From contig CACOPQ010000009.1 in NCBI GenBank assembly GCA_902629125.1, positions 14-64,013 on the forward strand: 64,000 bases of DNA. The letters run 5' to 3'. The notes beneath the pieces were generated by a model, which saw only the letters and a program-made list of their open reading frames with translations, was not told where the DNA came from and did no database searches. Source of the DNA: an uncultured Alphaproteobacteria bacterium. GTDB taxonomy: Bacteria; Pseudomonadota; Alphaproteobacteria; Thalassobaculales; Thalassobaculaceae. The first letter of the stretch is position 1. The number at the start of each line of letters is the position of its first letter. The position numbers and the translations under genes are program-made. Of the stretch, positions 1 to 9,780 are shown in pieces.

Positions 1-180
1 CGCCACCTGGGCAGACTTGGTAATAAATATTATAAAGATGTCTATGGTCAATAACTTTGATACATTTATTGTTAGCAGCAATTATCTGGATGGATTTCAG
101 TTTCAAAATGGCTTATTCATCTGACAAAATAAAGAAGTGGTGTTCTTAATTTTTTAATTGTAATTGTATGGTAGGAGCAG

Positions 181-1116
181 TTGGCGATGAAGGATAAAGT
201 TGTAGCCGTTGTCGGAGGGGCAGGCTTTGTAGGTCGCAATGTGGTCCGTGAGTTATGCAACAAAGGTGTAAGAGTTAACGTTGGCTGCCGTGATACCGAT
301 TCAGCGAAGTTTTTGTGCTCGATGGGCGACGTAGGGCAAGTTAATTTAATCAAAGTGAATGTCGCAAACTTCGATCAAATGGCTAGTTTAATAGAGGGAG
401 CTGACCATGTTGTTTCTCTTGTCGGGATTTTGCATGAAAGTAAAGGCAATACATTTGAAACGGTTCAAGCTAAAGGCCCAATGATTATTGGGAAAATAGC
501 CCGGGAAAAAAATGTACAATCGTTGGTGCACGTGTCCGCAATTGGTGCAGATGTGAACTCAAAGTCTCTATATGCGTCATCTAAGGGATTGGGTGAAACG
601 TATATAAGAGGTGAATTCGACAAAACGGTAATTCTTCGCCCAAGCATCATTTTTGGACCGGATGATAATTTTTTTAATAGATTTGCAAATTTAGCGGCAT
701 TCGTACCCTTTCTACCATTAATCGGTGGAGGGACTACAAAATTCCAACCTGTATACGTACAGGATGTAGCTTCAGCAATTATGGTTGCATTAGAGGATAG
801 CGCAAAAGTTGGGAAAGATTATGAGTTAGGAGGGCCTTCGATTTATTCGTTTAGAGAACTATTAGAATTATTGGAGAAGCATACACTAAGAAAACGAGCG
901 CTTGTAAACATTCCCTTTTTTCTAGCTAGCCTACAGGCAAAATTTTTGGAAGTTTTACCTAATCCGCCGCTTACTCGTGATCAAGTCGAACTATTAAAGA
1001 CAGATAACGTAGTATCACAAGACGCACTAACCCTCAAGGATCTTGGCATTTCTCCTATGTCATGTGAGGCAGTCTTGCCAACATACTTGGATCGTTTTAG
1101 GCCAGGTGGTAGATAG
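181..1116 (+). CDS. NAD(P)-binding SDR-family protein, NDUFA9-like / NAD-dependent epimerase-dehydratase family
   Basis: N-terminal Rossmann motif VVGGAGFVGRNVV. Length and overall pattern are typical of atypical SDRs (NmrA/NDUFA9-like). The track start is TTG at 181; an ATG at 187 is an alternative. Confidence 0.75.
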   Translation: MAMKDKVVAVVGGAGFVGRNVVRELCNKGVRVNVGCRDTDSAKFLCSMGDVGQVNLIKVNVANFDQMASLIEGADHVVSLVGILHESKGNTFETVQAKGPMIIGKIAREKNVQSLVHVSAIGADVNSKSLYASSKGLGETYIRGEFDKTVILRPSIIFGPDDNFFNRFANLAAFVPFLPLIGGGTTKFQPVYVQDVASAIMVALEDSAKVGKDYELGGPSIYSFRELLELLEKHTLRKRALVNIPFFLASLQAKFLEVLPNPPLTRDQVELLKTDNVVSQDALTLKDLGISPMSCEAVLPTYLDRFRPGGR

Positions 1117-1140
1117 AACCGATCTCGTTTGACCAACAGC

Positions 1141-1938
1141 TCATAGATATACCCACGCAAGCAATAAAGCTCCCACAATTATCCTGTATACTACAAAAGG
1201 CATAAATCCAGCTCTATTTAGCCATTTCATCATGATTGAAATTGACGCAAGTGCGGCACAAAATGAAATGCCAGCTGCAATCAAGAAATCAATTCCAAGA
1301 TTGACGTTGTTAGATAAAAATATATCGAGGCCTTTTAAAACACTAGCGCCCAATATAGCTGGGATTGCTAATAAAAGCGAAAAGCGTGCCGCCGAAGCTC
1401 TTTCATATCCCAAAAAACGAGCTGCTGTAATTGTTACTCCAGCTCGACTAGCTCCGGGGATTAACGCAAGTATTTGAGCAAGACCAATTAAAAGGGCGTC
1501 GAAATACCTCATATGCTGAAATCTATTCAGCGTCATACCCATTCTATCGGAAAACCCCAGTAAAATACCGAATAGAAGAGTTGCCCAACCTATAACTTCT
1601 ATATTCCTCGTAAGGTCTTGCATTACAGTTGAAACTAAAAATCCAACTACTAGTACGGGGGCGGAGGCAACCAATAATAAGTGAAGTAGGGGAGGTGCGC
1701 TAGGCCTACCAGGCCTCGCTAGTTGGCCCAGTTCTAGTAAAATTCGCCCGATATCTCGCCACAGAAAGATTAAAACAGCCAGTAGGGAACCAGCATGGAC
1801 AGCAACATCAATTGTTATTCCCTGATCTTGCCAGTCCAGTAATTTAGGGAAAATTATCAGGTGTCCCGAAGAAGAAATAGGTAAAAATTCGGTTAAGCCT
1901 TGGATTAACGCCAATATAGTTAAATGAGTTAGAGGCAA
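1141..1938 (-). CDS. uppP: undecaprenyl-diphosphate phosphatase
   Basis: N-terminus LIQGLTEFLPISSSGHL, a later PGASRAG motif and a polytopic membrane profile, as in the BacA/UppP family. Confidence 0.9.
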   Translation of the reverse strand: MPLTHLTILALIQGLTEFLPISSSGHLIIFPKLLDWQDQGITIDVAVHAGSLLAVLIFLWRDIGRILLELGQLARPGRPSAPPLLHLLLVASAPVLVVGFLVSTVMQDLTRNIEVIGWATLLFGILLGFSDRMGMTLNRFQHMRYFDALLIGLAQILALIPGASRAGVTITAARFLGYERASAARFSLLLAIPAILGASVLKGLDIFLSNNVNLGIDFLIAAGISFCAALASISIMMKWLNRAGFMPFVVYRIIVGALLLAWVYL

Positions 1939-2046
1939 AATAATTCCAATACGTCTGGTGATGGAATTAAACTAACCGACATTCCACCCTTAGTTTTTTG
2001 TGGAGTAGCTTACATACTGGTTGTTAACAATAAGTTCGTCTAGTAC

Positions 2047-3213
2047 TTAATTTTTTGGAACCATTATATGCGGTGCAGCGCCTATTTCCCAGTCCTGAAC
2101 GTTCTGTCTGTTTCCCTCTTCGTGCGAAAAAGCTTCTGGCCAAAGGTTTGGATTAGCTCGCTTATAGGCTTCTGGATAAAAAACGTCTGCTCCTAATTCA
2201 AATGCAGCACGCCATGGCCAACGCGGTTCATACAACAGCCCTCTAGCTAGGGCTATCATATCGCATGAACCATCAGCAATAAGTTTTTCTGCTAACCTTG
2301 GATCTCTTATCATTCCAACTGCCATAGTTGGAATATTCGTGGCATGTTTCACCGCCTTTGCAAGGTGTGCCTGATAACCTGGTCCGACCTGTGGTCTTGC
2401 CATACTATTACCACCTCCGGAGATATCAAAAAAATCGCAGCCAACGTCCTTTAGGGCTTTCCCAAATGTTATAGCATCCTCGGTGGTAAGACCCTGGTCG
2501 TCCCAATCTGTTCCATTGAATCTTACGCCCATTGGTTTCTTGTCAGGCCAGGCATCGCGCATTTTGGTGAATAACTCTAATGGATAGCGCATCCTATTAA
2601 TAATATCCCCCCCATACTCGTCTTCGCGGCGATTTGCTAGTGGTGAAAGAAATGAACTCACTAAATAACCATGTGCTCCATGTAATTCGATAGCGTCAAA
2701 ACCTATGCGCTCGCAGCGTTGTACGGCTTCAGTATGAGCGCGAGTAACTTTGTCCATAATATCACGTGTCATTGATAGTGGTCTGGGCCATTCGTTTCCA
2801 AATGGAATATCAGAAGGGGCAATTGTCTCCCAAGGTTCTTCTCCTTCTGATAAAGGTTTTCCGCCCTTTTGTGGCGGACTAGCCGAAGCTTTTCGACCGG
2901 CATGACCCAACTGTATGGCGATTGGCGTATTCCCAAATTGTTTGCATACTCTTACTAAATTGGCCATATCGGCTTCTGTTTTTTCGTCATATAATCCAAG
3001 GCATCCATGAGTAATTCGGCCCCGTGGTTCGACTGCCGTAGCCTCAAAGATAAGCAATCCAGCTCCAGATTGTGCCAACTGTCCTAAATGTATTAAATGC
3101 CAGTCGGTTGGCGAGCCATTAGATCCGCTGTACTGGCACATGGGCGCCACAATAATTCGATTTGGTAGAGTAAGTCCTCGGAGTTCAAGTTCTTCAAAAA
3201 GGGGCGATGTCAT
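2047..3213 (-). CDS. NADH:flavin oxidoreductase, Old Yellow Enzyme family
   Basis: LPNRIIVAPMCQYS, HGAHGYL and RxDEYGG segments are typical of the OYE/NemA family. Confidence 0.85.
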   Translation of the reverse strand: MTSPLFEELELRGLTLPNRIIVAPMCQYSGSNGSPTDWHLIHLGQLAQSGAGLLIFEATAVEPRGRITHGCLGLYDEKTEADMANLVRVCKQFGNTPIAIQLGHAGRKASASPPQKGGKPLSEGEEPWETIAPSDIPFGNEWPRPLSMTRDIMDKVTRAHTEAVQRCERIGFDAIELHGAHGYLVSSFLSPLANRREDEYGGDIINRMRYPLELFTKMRDAWPDKKPMGVRFNGTDWDDQGLTTEDAITFGKALKDVGCDFFDISGGGNSMARPQVGPGYQAHLAKAVKHATNIPTMAVGMIRDPRLAEKLIADGSCDMIALARGLLYEPRWPWRAAFELGADVFYPEAYKRANPNLWPEAFSHEEGNRQNVQDWEIGAAPHIMVPKN

Positions 3214-3230
3214 AAAGTTACCAATCTAAA

Positions 3231-4265
3231 TTAAGATATTTTTAATCGTTTAGCTTCTTCGTCAAAAACAAGGGCAACTCTGCCCAAAGCTTTTCTGGAA
3301 AGTACTGTTTCCATCGCCTCTTGAAATTGCTGAATGGAAAAGCAGTGGCTTACGCGAGGCTTAATTAGTCCTGCGGTTTGCCATTTAAACAATTCAGCCA
3401 TACTTTCTTTCATCTGTTCGGCGAAATGCTCTCGCATATCGATAGGGCTCCAGCCGAAGTAATAGCCTAAATTTAGACCAACAACCGTGATATTTTTAAC
3501 CAGAAGGATGTTTGCTGGAATTTGTTGTATGCTGCCCGCTGCAAACCCAACAGGCATTATTTTACCCTCGGGAGCAATGCACCGTAGTGATTCCAGAAAA
3601 ACATCTCCACCAACAGGATCATAAACGATGTTAGCACCCAAATTATTAGTGAGTTCTAGTACTTGTTCTCTAAAACCGCCATCATTATAGTTTATGGTGA
3701 AATCTGCTCCATGCCCTTCTGCTATTTTTCTCTTATCTTCGCTTCCCACGGTGGCAATAACCGTGGCTCCTTTAATTTTTGAAATTTCTATAGCAGCTAT
3801 ACCCACTCCTCCTGCTGCTCCGTGGACCAGAACAAATTGACCTTCCTTTACTTGAAGAAGATGTGGCCATACTAAAGCGGCGTATGATGTCAGATATGAG
3901 TTTGTAAAGCATATTGCCTCATTGAATGGCAATCGGTCGGGAGTTTTAAACACATTACTCGAGTGGGCTACAGCCTCTTCCGCTTGCCCTCCCCAGTCTA
4001 GGACAGCACAAACTCGGTCGCCAATTTGCAAATCCGTTACGTCCGAACCAATATCGATGACGTAGCCAGAGCATTCAGTTCCGGGAATAAAGGGCAAAGG
4101 GGGTTTTCTTTGGTATTTCCCGGCAACAACAAGGCTAGTTGCAAAACTAACACCAGCTGCTTGAACCTTTATTCTAACCTGGCGCGGCCCCATTTCTGGT
4201 CTTGGGCAATTCTCTATGGTTAAGTTTTTGAAATCAGTAAACTCTTTTACAAGAATGCCCAGCAT
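3231..4265 (-). CDS. NADPH:quinone oxidoreductase (medium-chain dehydrogenase/reductase, zeta-crystallin-like)
   Basis: MDR fold pattern with cofactor motif HGAAGGVG and no zinc-ligand Cys cluster. Confidence 0.8.
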   Translation of the reverse strand: MLGILVKEFTDFKNLTIENCPRPEMGPRQVRIKVQAAGVSFATSLVVAGKYQRKPPLPFIPGTECSGYVIDIGSDVTDLQIGDRVCAVLDWGGQAEEAVAHSSNVFKTPDRLPFNEAICFTNSYLTSYAALVWPHLLQVKEGQFVLVHGAAGGVGIAAIEISKIKGATVIATVGSEDKRKIAEGHGADFTINYNDGGFREQVLELTNNLGANIVYDPVGGDVFLESLRCIAPEGKIMPVGFAAGSIQQIPANILLVKNITVVGLNLGYYFGWSPIDMREHFAEQMKESMAELFKWQTAGLIKPRVSHCFSIQQFQEAMETVLSRKALGRVALVFDEEAKRLKIS

Positions 4266-4432
4266 TGAGATTACCTTTTAGTCTGAAAAGAAAATAGAAA
4301 AATTTGTGAATAAAAACGGGTAAGATTATTAGTAGTAAAATGACCCTAGTTCAAGTGATTATCTATCTTGGCTCTATATTAATTATTTAAGTTTAGTTAG
4401 ACCAAGAAAAATATTTTGTTCATTTGTAGAAA

Positions 4433-5404
4433 ATGACTTTAATCATATATAATTTGGGGATGGTCGATAATTATCCTTTTCATCTATTCAACGGTTTCCC
4501 AAACCTATACGGCTTTAGCGGACTTGATCGGAGATCAGTCGAAAGAGAAGAACCGAATTGGAAACAGAAGCTATTAAATGATCCAAATACTCGTTTTGTT
4601 TTGTATTGGCGATCAAAATCATTAATTTCTGAATCGACGTTGGGCTATCCCAGTGCCACAAAATTGAAATTGGAAGAAATTCCACCAAATCTTAAAGTCA
4701 CAGATCAAAATGTTTTTTTGGGCCAAAAAAACGGCCTTTGGTACGTTGGCATTGATATTTCTTCTGTTGATGAATTTGATCTTAATAAGGGTCTCCCGGA
4801 AGACAGCTCTTTCCGAAATTTACGTGAGGTGGGCACAATCTTGGACCGTTTTGATGCGTGTATCTTATCTTATTGTCGAGCAATATTTTACTGGCAACAA
4901 AATAACAAATTCTGCGGTGTCTGCGGTAGTAAAACAGCCATATCTAAAGCTGGACACCAAATTGACTGTATAAAGATCAATTGTGGTAAACCGGTTTTCC
5001 CGCGAACTGACCCTGCTGTTATCATGTTAGTATATGATGGTGATCGAATATTGCTTGGACGTCAGAGTGTTTGGAAGAAAGGCATGTATTCAACTTTAGC
5101 AGGTTTTTTAGAGCCAGGCGAGACGTTGGAGGAAGCGGTAGCACGCGAGGTTTTTGAGGAAGCAAATATAGACGTGGAAGATGTATCTTATCACTCTTCG
5201 CAACCATGGCCTTTCCCGTCATCCATAATGCTTGGATTTTATGCAAGAGCAAGATCGACGGATATATATCGTAATGATGAAGAGGTTGAGGATGTTCAGT
5301 GGTTCACAAGGGACGAGGTCAGTCAATTTTCAAAACTTGGCAAGTCTTTACCCCGGAAAGATTCAATCGCCCGTTGCTTAATAGAAGATTGGCTTAGGAA
5401 CTAG
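4433..5404 (+). CDS. nudC: NAD(+) diphosphatase (NADH pyrophosphatase), Nudix family
   Basis: Zinc ribbon CGVCG...C-x4-C, followed by Nudix box GFLEPGETLEEAVAREVFEEANI and an SQPWPFP motif. Confidence 0.8.
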   Translation: MTLIIYNLGMVDNYPFHLFNGFPNLYGFSGLDRRSVEREEPNWKQKLLNDPNTRFVLYWRSKSLISESTLGYPSATKLKLEEIPPNLKVTDQNVFLGQKNGLWYVGIDISSVDEFDLNKGLPEDSSFRNLREVGTILDRFDACILSYCRAIFYWQQNNKFCGVCGSKTAISKAGHQIDCIKINCGKPVFPRTDPAVIMLVYDGDRILLGRQSVWKKGMYSTLAGFLEPGETLEEAVAREVFEEANIDVEDVSYHSSQPWPFPSSIMLGFYARARSTDIYRNDEEVEDVQWFTRDEVSQFSKLGKSLPRKDSIARCLIEDWLRN

Positions 5405-5449
5405 TCCTGACGAGCCATTGATCTACGGGATCGGAATATTCTGTGAAAA

Positions 5450-6016
5450 TCAATTGCGATCGGTTTTTTTTCGGTAAAAAAATAAACATGTTGCTCCGTA
5501 TTTCTGTATTTTAAAACACTCCAACCAAGGTGGATGATCGGGTTCTTTACTTGAGCCGTGTTCAAGTATCATGATCGTGTCTTCACCAATCCACCCACCC
5601 TTTTTTAATGTTTCCATGCAACGGTTAGCCAAATTTAGTTCGTATGGTGGATCCATAATTACCAGCCCCGCTTCTCCTGTCGCTGGGATGTCTGTTGTAC
5701 AGGCGTCAGCCTTTATTATTCTTGCTCGTTGCTGGTAGTCCAACTTACGGATGTTCTGTTCAAGCGTTTTTATTGCCTTGTGGTCATTTTCGATAAAAAT
5801 TGAAAGAGCGGCACCTCTTGATAACGCCTCCAAACCCAAGGCACCACTTCCCGCAAACGCATCTATAACAATTCTTTGCCTGATAATGTTAATAAACTGA
5901 TGGCCGGATAGAATATTGAAAAGTGCTTCTTTTACTCTGCCGCGAGTCGGCCGGGTGCCTGTGCCTTTAGGTGCTAGAAGCCTTGCTCCGCGCCTTTCTC
6001 CGGATATGATGCGCAT
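5450..6016 (-). CDS. rsmD: 16S rRNA (guanine966-N2)-methyltransferase
   Basis: N-terminus [26 protein letters not shown] motif [18 protein letters not shown] and catalytic DPPY. Confidence 0.85.
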   Translation of the reverse strand: MRIISGERRGARLLAPKGTGTRPTRGRVKEALFNILSGHQFINIIRQRIVIDAFAGSGALGLEALSRGAALSIFIENDHKAIKTLEQNIRKLDYQQRARIIKADACTTDIPATGEAGLVIMDPPYELNLANRCMETLKKGGWIGEDTIMILEHGSSKEPDHPPWLECFKIQKYGATCLFFYRKKTDRN

Positions 6017-6806
6017 TTTTGCCCCGCATAACTTTTACATTTTTGTTTTGACTTCCTTTAAGAATTGAAAGTTGCTCCTTTAACTTGTTCTCGCGCACCT
6101 CCTCCACTGCCCCTGTAGACAAGTTACCCAGTTGGAATGGTCCAAAAGCCACACGGATTAATCTATTCACCTGTAAGTCGATAGAGTTCATTAATTTGCG
6201 TATTTCTCGATTTTTGCCCTCGCGTAATGCAATATTTAGCCAAGCGTTGCTCCCAGTTTGTCTCTCGAGATCTATCTGTATGGGCTTGTACTTTAAACCT
6301 CCCAAGGTTACTCCAAGTCTAAGTTTGTCGAAACCACTTATCTGCGGTCTTCCATAAACTCGCACTTTGTATTGCCGCAACCAATTAGTGGATGGGGCCT
6401 CTAGCAAGTGCGCTAACTCTCCATTATTTGTCAGAAGGATAAGCCCCTCGGAATCTAAGTCAAGTCGTCCCACCGAGACCACTCTTGGCATTTCATTTGG
6501 TAAGTTTTCAAAAATTGTTTTCCTGCCCTCCGTATCTTTATTTGATGTTATTTGACCTCTTGGCTTATAATAACGCCAAAGCCTAGTTTTATCCTTTCTA
6601 GGAATAGGCTTTCCATCGACTAAAATTAAATTCTTATTGGAAACATTGATAGCCGGGGTATTAATTATTTTGTTATCGATGGAGACTCGCCCGGCATTAA
6701 TCCACCTTTCGGCTTCCCGACGCGAACATAGCCCTGTACGAGCTAGTCGTTTTGATACCCTTTCCTCGGAATCGATGTCATCGAATAGAGTTTTGAAATT
6801 TACCAT
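5967..6806 (-). CDS. rluB: pseudouridine synthase, RsuA/RluB family, with N-terminal S4 domain and basic C-terminal tail
   Basis: S4-like N-terminus ([17 protein letters not shown]) and catalytic block [23 protein letters not shown]. The 3' end overlaps the rsmD start by 50 nt. Confidence 0.75.
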   Translation of the reverse strand: MVNFKTLFDDIDSEERVSKRLARTGLCSRREAERWINAGRVSIDNKIINTPAINVSNKNLILVDGKPIPRKDKTRLWRYYKPRGQITSNKDTEGRKTIFENLPNEMPRVVSVGRLDLDSEGLILLTNNGELAHLLEAPSTNWLRQYKVRVYGRPQISGFDKLRLGVTLGGLKYKPIQIDLERQTGSNAWLNIALREGKNREIRKLMNSIDLQVNRLIRVAFGPFQLGNLSTGAVEEVRENKLKEQLSILKGSQNKNVKVMRGKNAHHIRRKARSKASST

Positions 6807-6864
6807 ATGAAATCTCTGTTTATGATCTAAGCGAAGCAGTTTGGGTAGAAAGTAAATACCTTAT

Positions 6865-7407
6865 CTAAGCCTTTTTTGCTTTTTTGCGAACCCAAGCAGG
6901 TGCGCCAAAAACTGGTTTAGGTAACGAGGTTGTTGGTCCACCTGGTCGGTGAGGCCGCGGGGAAAATCTACCCATGCTCAATAGTCTATCGTACATTACA
7001 AGCGCCCCTGCTAATCCAACATTGATTGAAAATTTCATAGGAATTTTTATTGTATAGTCGCATCGGTCAAGTATGGAGTCAGATAAAATTCCTCGTTCAG
7101 GCCCTAAAATATAAGCTGCACATCTTGGATGGTGGAAGCTGGGGAGTTCAATAGCATCTTCGGTAATCTCCACTCCAACTAATTTGCATTCCTTGGGTAA
7201 TAGTAGGTTTTCTGCCCTATCAAATGAATAAAATGGTGTGTTCTTGTGAGCACTTGAAGTATCTACGGAATTCACACTTTTAAGATCAATTGCTTCGGAC
7301 ACGGTGAAGATAAAGTTGGCGCCAAAAGCATGAGCTGTTCTAGCAACAGCCCCGAAATTGCTTTGCTTGCTGATTCCTTCGACGCCTATTCCAAAATATC
7401 CTCTCAT
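6865..7407 (-). CDS. SpoU/TrmH-family RNA 2'-O-methyltransferase
   Basis: Small SPOUT-type protein with YILGPERGILS and INVGLAGALVMYD motifs. Confidence 0.7.
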   Translation of the reverse strand: MRGYFGIGVEGISKQSNFGAVARTAHAFGANFIFTVSEAIDLKSVNSVDTSSAHKNTPFYSFDRAENLLLPKECKLVGVEITEDAIELPSFHHPRCAAYILGPERGILSDSILDRCDYTIKIPMKFSINVGLAGALVMYDRLLSMGRFSPRPHRPGGPTTSLPKPVFGAPAWVRKKAKKA

Positions 7408-7481
7408 GACTTCAGGTGTTGCACATATCTATGTCTTGATGCAAGGATGGTGTTTCTTTTACTAAAAAAAGGTTAGGGCTC

Positions 7482-8543
7482 ATGGTGAGCGAAATGAAAG
7501 CAGCTGTTTCGCATGCTGTCGATTTCCCGAAAAACAGAAGTGCGCCTATTTTAATAGAGGTGACGCGAGGTGGAATGGTTGAGAGTATTCATAGGGGGAT
7601 TTGTGTTATATCAGACTCAAAAGGATCAATATACAAAAGTTGGGGAGATCATGAACGACCTATATATCCACGATCTGCAATAAAACCACTTCAAGCCATC
7701 CCAGTTGTTGCTTCAGGTGCAGCTGCCGCGCTTAAAATGAGTAGTGCCGAATTAGCGCTCTGCTGTGCCTCCCATTCTGGTGAGAGGATCCATACGGAAA
7801 AAGTTGCCAGTTGGTTAAAACGATTGGGGTTGGACGATACAAATTTAGAATGTGGGCCGCAGATGCCATCGGATCAAGAAACGGCCGAAGAATTGATTCA
7901 ATCGGGAAAAAACCCCTTATCTTTGCACAACAATTGTTCCGGAAAGCATGCTGGTATGCTATCCACTGCGATACATAACAAACAACCCACGTTAGGATAT
8001 TCAAAATCTGATCATCCTGTTCAAACAGATTTGATTACGCTTATGGGTAATCTTGGTAATTTGGATCTTTCTAAAACTGCACGAGGTTTAGATGGGTGCG
8101 GAATACCTGTTTTTGGGATTCCAGTAAAATCTGTGGCTCTTGCAATGGCGAAATTTGCTGACCCTCATGTTTTAAGTCAGTCTGAGAAAGAAGCGTGCAT
8201 TCAAATTCGAGAGGCGTGCGGTCAAAACCCAGTAATGATTTCGGGCACAAACAAGATAAATACTTTAATCCAGGCAGAAACAGCTGATAAAGCCGTGGTA
8301 AAGGGAGGAGCAGAAGGTGTTTACACAGCTGCGATTAATAATCTCGGCCTGGGGGTCTGTATCAAAGTTGACGATGGGGCTGGCCGAGCTGCATCTCTCG
8401 TAATGTTGCATGTCCTTCATAAGTTGAATATTTTAAATGAAAAGAGCGTCAAAAAAATCAAAGCATTCGGCGTTGAGGATATTCGTAATTGGTCAGGAAC
8501 ATTAGTTGGTGAGATAAGAGTCGGCGAAGGTATCTCCTTTTGA
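7482..8543 (+). CDS. asparaginase II family protein (Rhizobium AnsA-type)
   Basis: Pattern PRSAIKPLQA ... CASHSGE ... NNCSGKHAGML ... DGCG resembles the thermolabile L-asparaginase II family. Called by recollection of the family, not by search. Confidence 0.65.
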   Translation: MVSEMKAAVSHAVDFPKNRSAPILIEVTRGGMVESIHRGICVISDSKGSIYKSWGDHERPIYPRSAIKPLQAIPVVASGAAAALKMSSAELALCCASHSGERIHTEKVASWLKRLGLDDTNLECGPQMPSDQETAEELIQSGKNPLSLHNNCSGKHAGMLSTAIHNKQPTLGYSKSDHPVQTDLITLMGNLGNLDLSKTARGLDGCGIPVFGIPVKSVALAMAKFADPHVLSQSEKEACIQIREACGQNPVMISGTNKINTLIQAETADKAVVKGGAEGVYTAAINNLGLGVCIKVDDGAGRAASLVMLHVLHKLNILNEKSVKKIKAFGVEDIRNWSGTLVGEIRVGEGISF

Positions 8544-8905
8544 TCGCCTATTTTTTGTTATGTCCTTGCAACCGACGAATAGCTAGCAATGCAAGCCAAT
8601 CGAGCTTTTGTTTAACTTCCTCAGGTTGTCGAGCTTTTAGGAAAACATATAAATCGTTAGCGATTTTTTAAAAGTGACTCTCATTATCTAATTGATTACT
8701 TTAAAAATCTGTGTAATGGTGCCGCCTGTTTTTGTAGAGTAAGTTGTCGATCTGCCTACTGTTTTTAAGGCACAAACGAAAGAGCTACTTAGATAGCTTT
8801 CCTAACGTATCCTGCAATTTAGTGCTTGAAAAGCTTATTGCGAAAGCAGTCTTTTGTTGGACCCTAGCTTGCTTTGCGTTTGTAAAAAGGTGTGAAGGAA
8901 TTATA

Positions 8906-9103
8906 ATGCCAACTACTCCAGCCAATGAAATCCCAATTGAAGAGCCGCGTGTCGATGTTCCTAAGGTTAGGAGATGTTTAAGGTGTGAGGCGACTTTTCA
9001 CAGTCAGTGGGCTGGTGAAAGAATATGTCCTAGGTGCAAAAGCTCTAACACTTGGAGAAATGGTTCCCCCCTGGGTTCTGGTGCGTCAGGCGCTGGTAAC
9101 TAG
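8906..9103 (+). CDS. small zinc-ribbon protein (CxxC...CxxC), conserved hypothetical
   Basis: In-frame ATG at 8906 is preceded by GAAGGA with a 5-nt spacer. Product is MPTTPANE...RRCLRCEATFHSQWAGERICPRCKSSNTWRNG. The 54-codon upstream extension in the ORF track (TTG at 8744) looks non-proteinaceous. Confidence 0.55.
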   Translation: MPTTPANEIPIEEPRVDVPKVRRCLRCEATFHSQWAGERICPRCKSSNTWRNGSPLGSGASGAGN

Positions 9104-9107
9104 GCTG

Positions 9108-9476
9108 TTATCTGCTTTTCGACTTTTTATTCTTTCTGGCTTTCCTTGCTGCATATTTTGCGTCTCTTGCGGCTTTTTGTGCGGCCAGTAAAGCTACGGC
9201 TTCATCTGCTACGCGCCGCTCTTCTTCTTTTTGTGCTTCAATTCGAGCTTCCCTTTCTGCCGCTTCTATTGCCAGTCGTTCCTCCTTTTCCGCCTTTTGC
9301 TTTGCTAAGCGCGCTACCCTCGCTTCGGTCGCTGCTTGCCTTTCTGCCTTCCTCTTCTCATAAGCGGGATCCCCTGGGCCGGGTTGCGCTTTAATCCTTG
9401 CTAGAACAGCTTCTCTTGCTTTTGCTGCATTAGCCATGCGGGACCCGAAATTATCGTCTTTATATGATTTTTTCAT
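9108..9476 (-). CDS. Lys/Glu/Ala-rich coiled-coil protein, DUF6481-like
   Basis: AAGGA lies upstream of the ATG. The N-terminal DNFGSR..A.KA...L..IKAQPGPGDP block is followed by a charged AEKR-rich helix, resembling alphaproteobacterial DUF6481 proteins as I recall them. Confidence 0.55.
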   Translation of the reverse strand: MKKSYKDDNFGSRMANAAKAREAVLARIKAQPGPGDPAYEKRKAERQAATEARVARLAKQKAEKEERLAIEAAEREARIEAQKEEERRVADEAVALLAAQKAARDAKYAARKARKNKKSKSR

Positions 9477-9780
9477 TTTTCCTTGCGTCTTTTTAATTTG
9501 GTATAAACATCTTCAATTTTTGTTTTGACACTCAAAACGTCATACCTAATGCATCTTTTAGGTTAGTGATCAACAACTAGGCCCCTCAACATCAAAGTTG
9601 AAAAGAAAGTCATAGAATGGAGGTGGCCAAAAAATAGCCATCGGAGTGAAAAAAGCAAGGGGTGCTTGCGACAAATTTTTCGAAATCAACCTTGTGCTAC
9701 TCATTTTTATCTTGCGTTAGGTCAATAGAGAGACTTTATTGAGAGAAATCTGAAAGAGTAACTTAAGAAATAAAAACAAT

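Noticed and set aside
1-116. Possible 3' end of an upstream plus-strand gene (frame 1 open to the TAA at 52..54), and the 78-aa minus ORF 117..353.
   Set aside because: Seventeen codons are too few to identify anything. The minus ORF overlaps the start of the SDR gene and is T/P/L-rich without motifs.
8600-8638. 10-nt direct repeat TCGAGCTTTT (8600..8609 and 8629..8638), and a weak hairpin AAATCG-TTAG-CGATTT plus T-run near 8652..8675.
   Set aside because: The repeat is short enough to be chance. The hairpin is 6 bp, mostly A/T, and more than 100 nt from the asparaginase stop. These are recorded only as part of the unexplained 362-nt spacer.
8744-8905. N-terminal 54-codon extension of the zinc-ribbon ORF (TTG start in the track).
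   Set aside because: The peptide MSICLLFLRHKRKSYLDSFPNVSC... has no protein-like character, and there is no SD at 8744. A good SD plus ATG is present at 8906.
9146-9394. Leu/Pro-rich 82-aa ORF on the plus strand.
   Set aside because: It is the complement of the AEKR-repeat region of the DUF6481-like gene, so it is a low-complexity shadow ORF.
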